DNA from: Octopus vulgaris
Lineage: Eukaryota
Reading direction: 5' to 3'
Assembly: GCA_951406725.2 (NCBI GenBank)
Contig: OX597815.1
Span: forward strand, 131,440,001 to 131,504,000
DNA length: 64,000 bases
Part shown: positions 35,341 to 47,349 of the stretch, one piece after another
Numbering within the stretch: position 1 is the stretch's first letter
Layout of the letters: every line of letters starts with the position of its first letter
Position numbers and translations under genes: made by a program
The notes under the pieces: generated by a model
What the model was told of the DNA's origin: nothing
Database searches by the model: none
What the model saw: the letters and a program-made list of their open reading frames with translations, nothing else

Positions 35341-36360
35341 TTGACCACAAAAATATTAATATCATCTGCGGCAGTTTCCAAGCAGACTCACATTCACCTT
35401 AAATTTTCTGCATAGCTGTAATGCCCCTTACAAGTGAACTTAACAGAACAGGGTATCGATATAAAATTGGTGACAATAGAGTCTTCTATTTTATATGGAT
35501 GATTTAAATAGCTATGGCAAAGACGATAATGAGTTTGAAGGACTACAACGTACTGTGAGAGCATTCAGTGATGACATTGGGATGGAGTCTGGTCTTGATA
35601 AATGTGCCAAGGCCAATTTCCAGAGAGAGAACCTGAAGACCTTACATTCATTGGTGTTGGATGTTGATACAGTCATAAAATAACTCGTGCAAGAACAAAT
35701 TTACAAATATCTCGGAATAAATGAGGGTTCTGGCATTCAGCATGCAAGTATGAAAGAGAAGATCGGGAAGGAGTGTTACAGGAGAGTTCGAGCAATCCTA
35801 AAATTCGAGTTCGTTATAAATCCCTCTGCAGTTCCGCTTGTTATCTAAAGTTTCAACGCGTCTGACTGGAATATGAGCGAAATAAGGAAGATTGACAGGA
35901 AAATCCGTAAGTTGCTGACTTGCATTAAGATGCACCACCCAAGGACAGACGCAGATCATCTTTACCCAACCAGAGCTCAAGGATGTCGAGTCTTGATCTA
36001 CAAAACCACCATAATTGAATTGGCAAAATTTCTTGAAACCCCTAACAATTGGATGCTAAAGCGCGTTGAAAATCATGAAAGACGTCAGAAACTTCGCTCT
36101 GTTATGAAGGAGAGAAAAAAGTTTTCAAGTGAGTTTCTGCATAATACCCAGGTTGAACAGCAAGATGTAAATGCAGCAACTGTAGTTGCAAAGAAGGTGA
36201 ATTCAATAGCAAAGCAAAATGCGTTCGAACAATTGGCTGATAGGCGGGAACAAAAACTCCTGCATAGCAAATACGTCGCCCGCAGCATACCAGAAGCACA
36301 CCTATCAGTGGCTACACAACTCAGGGCTAAAGGCAGAGAGTGAAGGCTTTATCTTGGCTG
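35341..36360 (+). mobile_element. R4/Dong-type LINE copy 3, 3' part (3'-truncated)
   Basis: Resumes LTTKNINIICGSFQADS; FYMDDLNSY, GLDKCAK, YKYLG, MHHPRTDADHLY, SGLKAESEGFILA; then breaks into a SINE fragment. Confidence 0.8.
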
Positions 36361-36510
36361 AGTTCAATTTGAACTGAGGCCAACTTTGTCTTTCATCTTT
36401 TTGTAGTCGATAAAATATGTACCAGCTATGGATAGGGATCAATGTAATCGTCTATTCTCCACCCCAACAAAATTTCAGGCAGGCCATGTGTGCCTGTAGT
36501 AGAAAAGATT
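36361..36510 (+). mobile_element. Partial degenerate SINE (family A)
   Basis: gagttcaatt...actttgtctttcatc...gtcgataaaatatgtacc. Confidence 0.6.
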
Positions 36511-38010
36511 ACCGAGGCAAAAGTAACATCCAGTTGAAAAATTTGCAGGACTCTAAGAGTTTAATATAATTATAAGAGGTGTCTATCATTAACAGAGTAA
36601 TAATTAATATAGATATTAATACACCTGATAAAATTAATAATAGTGGCTGGGTTTAATTCAGATACATTATATACATCGTTGATTGAACACTATAACATTG
36701 TATTAAATATCATTCATTACTTAAACGAAATTACTGAATCTTCCATTCTATTTCGATGGCTTCTAGAAATGTTGATAAATTTCATAAGAAACCTCATATA
36801 GCACAGCTTTAATTTCATAGCAATCTCCCTAAATGTTTATAAACTATTATTGCTGTAGATATTCAACATTTTGATTTTCATCTTGAGAAAACTACTCGAA
36901 CAAAAGAGAACGAACAATCGAAAGTTGCTTCCAGCACTTAAGATGCATCTACATTTCCCGTTGCCCAAACAAAGGCCTGTGATACCTTATCATATCAGAC
37001 AGAAAAGAAGTAAGTGTTCGGAATAAAACAAGACTAAAAAAAAATGTTTTTGTTACTGCAAAGTAATCAGTACCAATCTCAGTTAAATTTGAAATTTGAA
37101 AAGATCCAAGAGCCCTCAGGCTACGGACTTTACTGATAGAAAGAATTATCTTGGCTTGCCACCTCTAAAACCACCACTACTACTATCGCAACGCCTAGAA
37201 ACACAAGTTTTGAAAATATTCTTGATGTAAAAGAAGACAATTTCTTATCAGATTTTGAACATTTATTCTGACCTTTAGAAAGAAATACATTTTAATTCAT
37301 CTGAAACAGAAGTGTTACTAATCAAACGGATATTTTTGTTTGCTGAAAAAAGTGATTTAGCTTGTACAATGGTATAAATTGAAGCGAAAGTGCAATAAGC
37401 ATTCAAGTTATGAATTCGTTCTTATATAACCAACATAGATTAATAATTTATACCAAAGTTTTTAGAGATTCATTATGTTTGTCTGTATATAAATTTAATT
37501 AAATTTATCAATTACGCCTCGACTTTATTCATAAAGTCAATTAGTTAAAAGAAATATAAACAGAAATATATAAATGAAATGTCCCTCGTCTGGGACTCGG
37601 CACTTCTCTCTTAATTCTCTTTCTTTTCTATATATGCTATGTCTATATTTACATTTAATGTGTACAAAATGTATAACCAGCCTAATATTAGCAAGGCAAA
37701 TTGATGTACTAATGAACAAATAACGTCACAAACGCTCTCACTGAAACACACTGTATTCTTTACATACAAATATACTTTCATATATGTATATATATATAGA
37801 GAGATATAGATGTGTGTGTGTGTGCCTGCGCGTGTATGTATGTATGTTTATTGATTGATTTATTTATATATATGTAAATACTATTACACCTACAAATTTA
37901 CATACACTAAATCGACATGTGCAACTCTCATTCATCAAGATTTAATTGAATGCTCTGCAATTTAAATACTATTTAATGTAGCTAGCTATTTGAGTTGCTA
38001 AAGGAAACTT

Positions 38011-38698
38011 TATAAAGCTTCTGATGAACCACTGTCAAATTTCTTTTAATGTCCATTCACTTTATTTGAATAATGGTGAGAGCAAAGAGATGTGGTAAAC
38101 ACCGAATAATTGTCGCTTTCGTACTCCATGCATAGAGTGTATAATTGACATATAAATGACCATAACGGAATTAGTACATAACATAAATTGAAATTAGACA
38201 ATTTTATAAACTGTTAAATAATTCTTATAACATACATATGCAAAGAAGGGACTGGCAAGATCATCTTGGTTTTCGAAGCACTAGGTTTGAAGACTAAGGA
38301 TAAACTTGCAATGAACTTAGCTATATAAAGCATATTCATATCTATATACGCGCGTCTGTTTCTCTGATATTTTTTCTTGGCAGGGAGTATGTCAATTACA
38401 TCGACCCTTATGCTTAAATAGTACTGTTTGGTTGATCTCTAAAGGATAAAAGGTAAACTTGACCTCGGGAAGTAAAAATGCACGAAACGATGCTAACAAG
38501 TTTGCCCAACGTAATAAGGATTGTGCCAGCTCGGCGCATTAACTGCCTTGTAAAACAATATCAATGTTATGTGGTATGATACGTCCATTGTCACACAAAC
38601 GTATATTTAGAGACACTTTTCTGGATTAGAAACACGGCATCAAATAAAATCACATAATACACTATATTTCAAAATGACACACACACACAGCCACACAT
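38011..38698 (+). repeat. Probable donor copy of the 688-bp duplication
   Basis: Near-identical to 34653-35340, runs on into ordinary flanking DNA, and contains a decayed minus-strand family A SINE (about 38378-38543). Confidence 0.95.
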
Positions 38699-38819
38699 AC
38701 GGACATGCATACACACAAACATATCAATGTAGAGTGCGACACGCAAACAAGATGTCTCCGCCATTGTTATGCAATTATTTCAGCATTTTACTGAAACGAG
38801 TGTATATATCATAAAGCTT

Positions 38820-41200
38820 AGAAAACATCTAACACCGCTAACACAGACCCAAAATAAGAAAACAAAAATTATAAACCTCTCTAGCAAAACACTGACACCA
38901 ACCCAAATCAACATCCTAGCAAGAGGTTCGAAATTCACACCCACCCCAAGAACACCCGGAGGTCAAGGACGACGTTTCTGAATTCTGCAGAAAACTTCGT
39001 TTAACAAGACGCTCTGACAGTTCTCAACAATGAGGACGATTCATTGATCAAAAACAAAAGTAACTTCCTACCATCAAAAGGAAGAAATAAGGCACTGAAC
39101 GATTTTTGCAAACACATCCAAAGTCTCCCCTTTACCCCAGGCAAAACCATGGCAAAATCCAACTTCAGTAGGGAGGAATGGAAAAACCTACGTGACCTAC
39201 ATCTGGACAAAAACCTTACTATCAAAGAAACCGACAAAGGGAGTTCTGTGGTCCTTATGGACACGGAGGTTTATAAACACCTAGTGCTTTCCATGCTAAA
39301 CAACAACACTTTCTATGAGGTTATTAACAACTATAAACAACAAAAAACAATCAAAAACCTTACCACCCTCATACTCCAACACGGTCAGGGACTCAGAAAA
39401 AGAAAGGGATTATATCACCAATTTCAAATGCAAGCCTAGACTTTTTTATGGCCTTCCTAAAGTCCATAAAAACAAATACATCACCGAAGCCTGCAAACTC
39501 TTCTCTGACATCCACATCAACATCAAAGCACCGGAGGACCTAAAACTAAGGCCCATCGTGGCTGGCACCTCCTGTGAAACACACCGCTTGAGTAATTTCC
39601 TAGACATCCTTTTGAAACCTTTCCTTACTGACATCAAAAGTTTCATGAGGGATGATCTGGACATGCTCAAACACCTCCCGAAAACAGCTAACGAGGAGGC
39701 ACTCCTGGTGTCCTTTGATGTCATCAACCTCTACACCAACATCCCACATGAATATGGTATTGAGGCAATTGATTTCTGGCTAGAGAAACACCCAGAGGCA
39801 TTCCCTGACCGCATTCACAAGACCTTCATTACGGAATCACTCAAGTTCATTCTGACAAACAATTATTTCCTCTTCGATAACACACACTACCGTCAAAAAT
39901 GTGGTATTGCGATAGATACCAAGGCTGCACCAGTCCTTGCGAACCTCATAATAGGCTTCTTCGAACTATCACTCTATGAGATATCACGCCAGAAATGTGG
40001 ACACGTTTTCTACATCTACCTAATGGAAAACTGGAAAAGGTATTTGAATGATTGTTTCATCATATGGAAAGAATCTTATGAAAAGCTTCTGGAATTCAAA
40101 ACCATACTGAATAACATACACCCCAACATCCAATTCACTATAGAATTCAGCAAACATCATCTCCCTTTCCTTGATCTCCTAATTATAAAAACACCTAACA
40201 ACCAAATCATAACAGACATCTACCACAAACCTACAGACTCACAACTATACCTCCTCTTTAGCTCCTGCCACCCAAAACACACCAAGATAAATATCCCTTT
40301 CAACTTAGCTAAAAGGGTATGCACCATTGTCTCGGATCCCAAAACTCGTGAAATACGCCTTCAAGACCTCAAAAAAACACTATTACAATGCCAATATCCC
40401 TCCACCCTTATAGTGTATGGAATAAAACGTGCCAAAGAACTAGACAACAATACACTGAAAACCACCCAACCCAACAACACACACAATCCCAAATTACTTC
40501 CGTACATTTCCATCCACAACCCCAAAAATATCGAAGCATATACCACAATCATACAAAACCTCACTCTACTGTCCACAGACCCAAAAATGAATAACATTAT
40601 CAATACACATAAAATCCTCAAATGTAAAAGGCAACATAAATCTTTGAAAAAACTCTTGACAAATGCCAAACTTCACACACCACATCCACCCCCATCAGTT
40701 AAAAAATGTGCACGCTCAAACTGTGGCACCTGCTCCTTCCTACTTGAAGGCTCTGAATTTATTTTCAAACAAAGAACAAAGTTTAAAATCAAGACCAACT
40801 CCTCCTGTTCTTCCGAGAACGTTCTCACATGCGCCGGTTGCCAACGTAATTATGTTGGGCAAACGAGCCTCCCTTTACGTAAAAGAGTAGCGGTTCATAA
40901 AGAACAAATAAATCTCACAGAATACCGTCAAATTCCATTAAGTAGCCACATAGACTCGTGCGCTAAAGACAAAAGTCCCAGATTTTACATATTCCCCTTC
41001 TATTAATGTAAAGACGGAATCACTACACAAGAAAGAATTAACAAGGAGAATCTTTTTATTGAAAAATTCAAAGCGCATCTTAATATGCAAACTCCACGAT
41101 GATCATACATCTTTTTTCTACCTCATTCTTCACGGATGGACTAATACAAATATATAAGGATATCATGCAGTTATCACTTCAAGCTAAAAATTATATTCTT
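38820..41200 (+). mobile_element. Penelope-like retroelement (RT plus GIY-YIG), near complete, inactivated
   Basis: IINLSSKTLT...KFTPTP, TIKETDKGSSVV, FYGLPKVHK, LRPIV, SFDVINLYTNIP, RYLNDCF, LPFLDL, CARSNCGTC, CAGCQRNYVGQT...R...H. The Cys-rich linker before the endonuclease suggests the Neptune group (inference). Confidence 0.92.
39315..41006 (+). pseudogene. Penelope-type RT / GIY-YIG ORF remnant (563 aa open)
   Basis: Longest ORF in the window. The RT catalytic motif reads YLND instead of YxDD, the N-terminus is frameshifted, and a stop at 41004-41006 precedes the last endonuclease residues (ERINKENLFIEKF...LN). Confidence 0.88.
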
Positions 41201-41262
<62 letters not shown>

Positions 41263-42779
41263 CATTCAGTCGTTTTATTTTTATAACGTGCTTTCACTTC
41301 ACTACCGAGCACAGCTCTGTGTGCCTTGGGTATGTGCTGTGATTTGTTGTGATGCTCTGATGGTTGCTGTATGGAATTTGTTCTGCGTAGGATGTGTGCA
41401 GTGCCTAGTAGTGCAATTTTCTGTATGTTATATGTGTTTGTAAGTCCTGGTGTTTTTGTTATGTATTTGTCTGAATATTTTTTATCATGCCTAATGCACC
41501 TATTATGATAGGAATTGTTTCTGTTTTTAGATTCCACATTCTGGTTACCTCTATTTCCAGGTCTTTGTATTCTGAGAGTTTCTCCATTTCTTTTAGAGAC
41601 ACGTTGTCATCTGCTGGTATTAATACATCAATGAGAAAGAATTTTTTTTTCTTCATGATCTCTGACAACTATATCTAGTCTTAATGTCTCTATCTGTGTG
41701 TATTGGCATATCCCAGAGTATGGTTGCTTTCTCGTTTTCTGTGACCTTTTCTGGTGTGCGCCTATATCATCTTTTTTCTGTTATTATTTCATAATGTTGG
41801 CATAGATTCCAGTGTATATAGGTCCCAACTCTGTCGTGTCTGTGAATATATTCCTTCTTAGCCAGGACTGGGCAGCCAGAGATAATATGATTTATTGTTT
41901 CTTGTTCATCTCAATATATTCTGCAGTTACTTGTTATATTTCTTTTCATTACATGTTTTTGGTAATTTCTGGTGGGGAGGCTTTGGTCTTGTGCTGCAAT
42001 TAAAAATCCTCCTGTCTCTGCTTTGAGTCCTGAGCTTCTCAACCACTGCTAGGATTTTTCTTTGTCTATATCTTTTGCATTTAGTTTAGTCCAGTATTTG
42101 CCATGAAGGGGCTTTTTTGCCTTCGTTTTATCATGATTCGTTGCTGTTCTATTTTTAGTTTGGATTTCATTTGTTTTTGTAGCTTTTGCTGTTTCTTCTT
42201 CTTCTTCTTCTTCTTCTTCTTCTTCTTCTTCTTCTTCTTCTTCTTCTTCTTCTTCTTCTTCATATTTGTTAGGTGGTATGATTTCTTGTTTGTATTTGTC
42301 AGCTTCCTTAAATACTGAGAACAGTTTTTTGTTTTGCTCGTGTTTTGTCGCTATTTGTATCAGTTTTCCTTCCTTCTTAAGTAGATATTTTTGCATTCCT
42401 ACGGCGGTTATTTTATAGTTGTTTTCCAGCTGTATAAGGCTTCTACCACCTGCTATACGTTGTATATATAGCCTTTCTATGTCAGATTTTGGGTGATGCA
42501 TCCTAGATCCTGTCATTATTTTTCTTGTTTTCCTATCTATTTTGGTCAGTTCATTTAGTGTCCAGATATTGTAGCTGTAACTTATAACTGGGAGGGCTAA
42601 AGTGTTGATACCAATTATCTTGTTTTTAGCATTGAGCTCTGTTTTCAGTATTGATCTAACTCGTCTGTAATATTATTTTTTTATTTTCTCTTTCATTTGT
42701 GTGTGTTGTGTCTTATCTAGTTCATGGATTCCTAAGTATTTGTAAGTTTGGCTTTGGTCTAATTCTTTTATTTCATTGG

Positions 42780-42782
<3 letters not shown>
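41263..42782 (-). mobile_element. 5'-truncated R4/Dong LINE (copy 4, same family as copy 1)
   Basis: Reverse complement aligns closely to 29320-30800 (MHHPKSDIERLY...IQKIALLGTAHILR); flanked by (TTA)n at about 41207-41262 and 42781-42850. Confidence 0.93.
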
Positions 42783-42854
<72 letters not shown>

Positions 42855-43373
42855 GACACAACAATTTGAAATGAAATTATAAATTGGTTTACGTAAATTT
42901 ATATAATTAGAAAACAATATAAATGAAGTGTTAAAATCTGAATGTTAAGTTAGCAAAATTATATAAAAAAAGATAATGCAAATGACGCTAAAATGATAAT
43001 TTTATACTTTAAGGTTTATTAACATCCTATCTTACAAAACATTGATAATCCCAATTGAAGAGCATAAAATCCACAGAGTTGTCACCCCTTACTCACAGGA
43101 ACTGGATAACTCCTACCCCATTTCCTGTTTTGACATTCATTTAACAAACATACTAAATTAAACACCACATGGATTTAATCACATGGATCTTAATCCTCCA
43201 AGGTAATTTTTCCAAGAACTATCTTTGAACTCGAGATACACAAAGACTTTACAATTTATCGGTGTACCTATTTTTTAATTTTTGTATATCTTTATTATTT
43301 TTTTTGCAAAAAACAATGTAATTTTCTTTTTTCCCCTCCTCAATTATAAAAAAAAAATTTCTTTTCGCATTAC

Positions 43374-43415
43374 AATTCTTGAAAAGTCGCACTGCGACGA
43401 AAACCGGTTATAGTT
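43374..43415 (+). ncRNA. Hammerhead-like motif with variant core UUGAAAA
   Basis: aattc-UUGAAAA-gtcgc(act)gcgac-GAAA-accggt-UA; homologue on the minus strand at 58333-58374. Confidence 0.5.
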
Positions 43416-43626
43416 AATATTAAAAAAATTTTTTTTAATTTTCCATACACCCATTTTCATTAAAGTTTACCTTCAATTTAGCATTCTGCCTTTTTATAAT
43501 TTTTCCTTGCCTATCATTTCTCCACGTGCGGTCAACACAACCCCACCATTTATTGATTTATATATATATATATATGTATGTATATATATATACATATATG
43601 TATATATGTATATACATATGTATGTA

Positions 43627-43685
<59 letters not shown>

Positions 43686-43760
43686 CTTATTTAGAGATAG
43701 TAGTCCCCCTTCATCACACCATATATATAATTTTAATTTAATACTTACTACTCATTTCTC

Positions 43761-43854
43761 AGCTATAGGTGTTTCTTGAGGTTCTTTTACGGTTCCTTAA
43801 GCACGCAGTGTTTTACAGGAACCTTTCTTAAAATGTAACCCCAATCATCAGGCT
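43761..43854 (-). ncRNA. Type I hammerhead motif, left arm (stem III disrupted)
   Basis: agc-CUGAUGA-ttggggtt...aacctcaa-GAAA-caccta-UA-gct. Confidence 0.55.
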
Positions 43855-44439
43855 TCTAAATAACTTCGATACCAAATACTATATTTGAATTTTAACAGAT
43901 AAGTATGTGTATGTGTAAATATATGTTCGCCGAGCTTACGCCGTTGAGCCGAAATTAATACGTAGTAGGACCAGGGTAGTCGACGGTAGTTTGTACATAA
44001 TATTTACGACATTTCTTTTACGTTACCTTTAAGTTATTAAGCTCCAATTTTTACTTAGTAAATCTTAAATTTTTATCATTCGTATCATTTGTAAATTTTC
44101 GTTTTGCATTTTGTCATTCGTACTTGTGTATGTCCACTTTTAACTATAGTTTTTATTCATTTGTCACTGGTTTCATTATTACATGATCACAAGTATATAT
44201 TTTATTTTTATCTCTACATATTATTAATTTTATATGAATGTTTACAGACACAAGTTACGAGAGAATTTAGTTTTTGTAATTTTTTATTTTTTATTTTTTA
44301 TTTTTTTTTATTTTTTACTAATTTTATTTGAATTAAATTATGGCTTGCACAGTAAGGTCCGGCGTATCTATTTACACATACTTATCTGTCAAAATTAAAA
44401 TACAATATTTGGTATCGAACTATGATAAAGTTATTTAGA

Positions 44440-44534
44440 GGCCTGATGATTGGAGGTTACAGTTTAAGAAAGATTCCTGTAAAACACTGCGTGCTTAAGG
44501 AACTGTAAAAGAACCTCAAGAAACACGTGTAGCT
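44440..44534 (+). ncRNA. Type I hammerhead ribozyme with extended stem II
   Basis: ggc-CUGAUGA(44443-44449)-ttggaggtt...aacctcaa-GAAA(44520-44523)-cacgtg-UA-gct; palindromic stem III; predicted cleavage after GUA at 44531. Confidence 0.75.
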
Positions 44535-44639
44535 GAGAAATGAGTAGTAAGCATTAAATTAAAATTACTTTTTTATGGTGTGATGAAGGGGACTACTATC
44601 TCTAAATAACATATATATTTCCTCATTGAGAATAATTTG

Positions 44640-44890
44640 AACCCCTGTGATGCCGGAAGGTTATTTTTATGGAGAACCAGCAATCGCCCATGCATATGAG
44701 CCTCCCCTATTCACACCATTGAGGCAAAGCCTAATACAGCCTGGCTCAATTGACGTTGCAGCTCATTTCTACAGTTCAGTCAACCGGAGCAATGAGAAAT
44801 AAAGTGTCTTGCTCAAGAACACAACAGAAAGCCCGGTCTGGGAACCGATTTTACTGCCCTCATGATTGTTAACTCGACACTAACCACTCA
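44640..44890 (-). mobile_element. Degenerate SINE (family C-like)
   Basis: ggagcaatgagaaataaagtgtcttgctcaagaacacaac...ccggtctggga; homologous to 5560-5770. Confidence 0.55.
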
Positions 44891-45139
44891 ACTAAGCATA
44901 TATATATATTTGTGTGTATGTGTGTGCGTGTCTGTATCCTAATATCAATTAATGAGTTACACAAGAACATGAAGTCTCTTTGGAGGCGTACAGAAAGACT
45001 GGCACTGACAGAAGTACATTAAGCGTTTATACTGATTGTTTTTCTTTCCTAGTAATATCTCTTAATGTTCTTCATATTGGTGTGTTTTAAGCCTTAATTT
45101 AGCCTTTGTTCACGATAAATCTACTGCAGATTTCTACTT

Positions 45140-45290
45140 TAAAGCCTGTCTTTATCAAATCTACCGAATGACACTCAAAACTTTGGTCAGCTAGGGGTTT
45201 TATTAAAAGACATTTGCTTACAGTGCCGCGAAGCAGGACTGAACCCAAAAGTCACAATTGTGAAGCAAATTACGTATCCACAGAGCCATG
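45140..45290 (-). mobile_element. Degenerate partial SINE (family B)
   Basis: cactcaaaactttggtc...aagacatttgc...gtgccgcg...ggactgaaccc...ccacagagcc. Confidence 0.55.
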
Positions 45291-46096
45291 TGTGTAAATA
45301 CTTTTACATAAGTTGTAACAAATATGGAAAATCAACGTTCTGCAGGAAAAAAGAGACCATGAGTCACGTATTCTGAAAATTCGATCTGTAAAAAGGAGAG
45401 CAAGAAATTGTTAAGACTTTTCTAACATTCATCGTACAGCTGCACCTTATTGTTGCTTTTGTATAAATTCCAACAATGGAGTTTTGTTTCCGTATTAGAA
45501 ACCAGTATCTTCTTCCAGGAAGATATCAGAGATTTAAAAGAATGAAGCCATATTTATGTAACTATATCACAACCACAGAAGTATTGCTATCTAAAACCAG
45601 AAAATAAAGGCATGCTTTGTTATGGACGTCAGCTTCCTGCTTTACATGAATGTCGCCAGAAAATACAAAGAGACTTCAATATACCATAGTGGTAAATTTT
45701 AAATCTATTGTATCTAAGGTACAAATTCATTTTTCTTCTGGTTATTAAGAAAGGTATGTACATGGAATTTAGAATCTAGTTTATTGAAAAATGTATATCT
45801 ATAATTCAGTCTATAAATAACTAAAAAAAGGTGAGGTCGATATCTATTCCCAAAGTCTTAAAAAAAGGTATAAAAATAATCTATTCACCCATGTACAAAC
45901 CAGCTGAGTTGTATTACTTCGCTCTTCCGTTTTCTTCCCTGTCATTAACATATGTACATATACAAAAGCATACGAACGCACACGCACGCACACACACACA
46001 CACAGACATACACACACACACAGACACACACACACATATATATATATATATATCAATTCGGTGAATAATAATAATGGTATTCTTTATAAGCTTGAA

Positions 46097-46309
46097 TAAT
46101 GAGGTAAAAGAAACCAAGGCTGTATAGATATTAGAGTATTTATAGATAGAAGGTCATACAGCTGTTTCTAGAATATTAATTAATAATAATATCCCTTCAT
46201 TGGAGACGGTAAAGGGATATTATTATTAATTAATATTCTAGAAACAGCTGTAAGACCTATCTATATATGGTCTAATATCTATACAGCCTTGATTTTTTTT
46301 ATCTCATTA
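46097..46309. repeat. ~210-bp imperfect palindrome with hammerhead-like arms
   Basis: Arms are reverse complements around about 46205. Minus-strand motif at 46153-46207: gtct-CCAAUGA-agggata...tattcta-GAAA-cagctg-UA-tgac. Single-arm homologue at 57440-57550. Confidence 0.85.
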
Positions 46310-46367
46310 CGCAAAAAATTCATATATACACACGCTGACATAGAACCAACGTTGAACCCTTTATTCG

Positions 46368-46409
<42 letters not shown>

Positions 46410-47349
46410 TAGCAATAATACCCGGCGTTTCACGGGTCAAAGTAGTAAATATTCAGAGGGTCTAGTTATGTTTCAGTCTACATTACAGCAGTCCGGACCT
46501 TAATCTGTAGTGCAAAAATGAATTGGGCATTCCAATGTTTTATAGAGTTTTATTTAGGTTAAGGTTAGAGTTGACAATGCAATCTGATATCACTAAGTCT
46601 ATGACAAATAAGTGCTTGTCCGTCCATGTAGTGACTCGTGTTGTATCCCTCTCTGTATCACTGCAGCTCGGCGCCATCCGATAATGCAAAATTGTTGTGT
46701 ACATTGCAATGGTGTGTAGAGTTATATTTGGGTTTATCAGATGTAGACATAGAGAGTGAATTAAAACGTGTATTTCACAAGTGAGCATTTTTGGGGATTG
46801 GGCTGTTTAAACAATCTTAAAGTACGACCGTCATTGAAATGGGGAGAGTGATTGAATGTTGATTAGTAGTGTCATGACGTATGGGTAGTATAGACGTTGA
46901 ATGTTTGTCCACACCATTTATGTAGCAGAGCCCCCGAAACTGTCATAGCGAATGCGTTCTGTGTATCTCTGCCGTTTTCATAAGCCTCTACCAGTTAATT
47001 GGCGTAACATTGCATGCCTCCTTTCTGCTTACACATTGAATGCATTAGAAGCGCATAAGAAAACACTGATCGGTTGAAGTTACGTCCTTAAAGATGCTTG
47101 ATCGCCTCTTAAGCCATTATTGGAGTAATTATCCCTCCTATTTTTTGTAAAAAAACCTAAATGCTGCCCTGAGTGGTGTGTAACTTAATAGGTTACTGTT
47201 TGGGAAATGGGCTGACTGTGTGCTGTTAGTTTTAGAGTAAAAGCGGATGTAAAGCCCATTACACACGTCTGAGAGGATGATGTCTAAATCGGCTGTTTTG
47301 TGAAGCTGCACGTTTCCTTTTCACAGTGTAAACATTTACGAAGTCTCCT

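Larger units (their letters stand above)
43687..44609. mobile_element. Foldback element with ~230-bp inverted arms bearing hammerhead motifs
   Basis: 43687-43915 is the diverged reverse complement of about 44371-44609; AT-rich spacer of about 450 bp; left end abuts (TA)n/(TG)n. Confidence 0.85.

Noticed and set aside
36860-37270. Coding-looking stretch with acceptor- and donor-like sites
   Set aside because: In-frame stop in the most plausible frame and no recognisable product.
45560-45740. Possible restriction-like endonuclease remnant (ACFVMDVSF...NVARKYKE)
   Set aside because: Too short and decayed to call with confidence.
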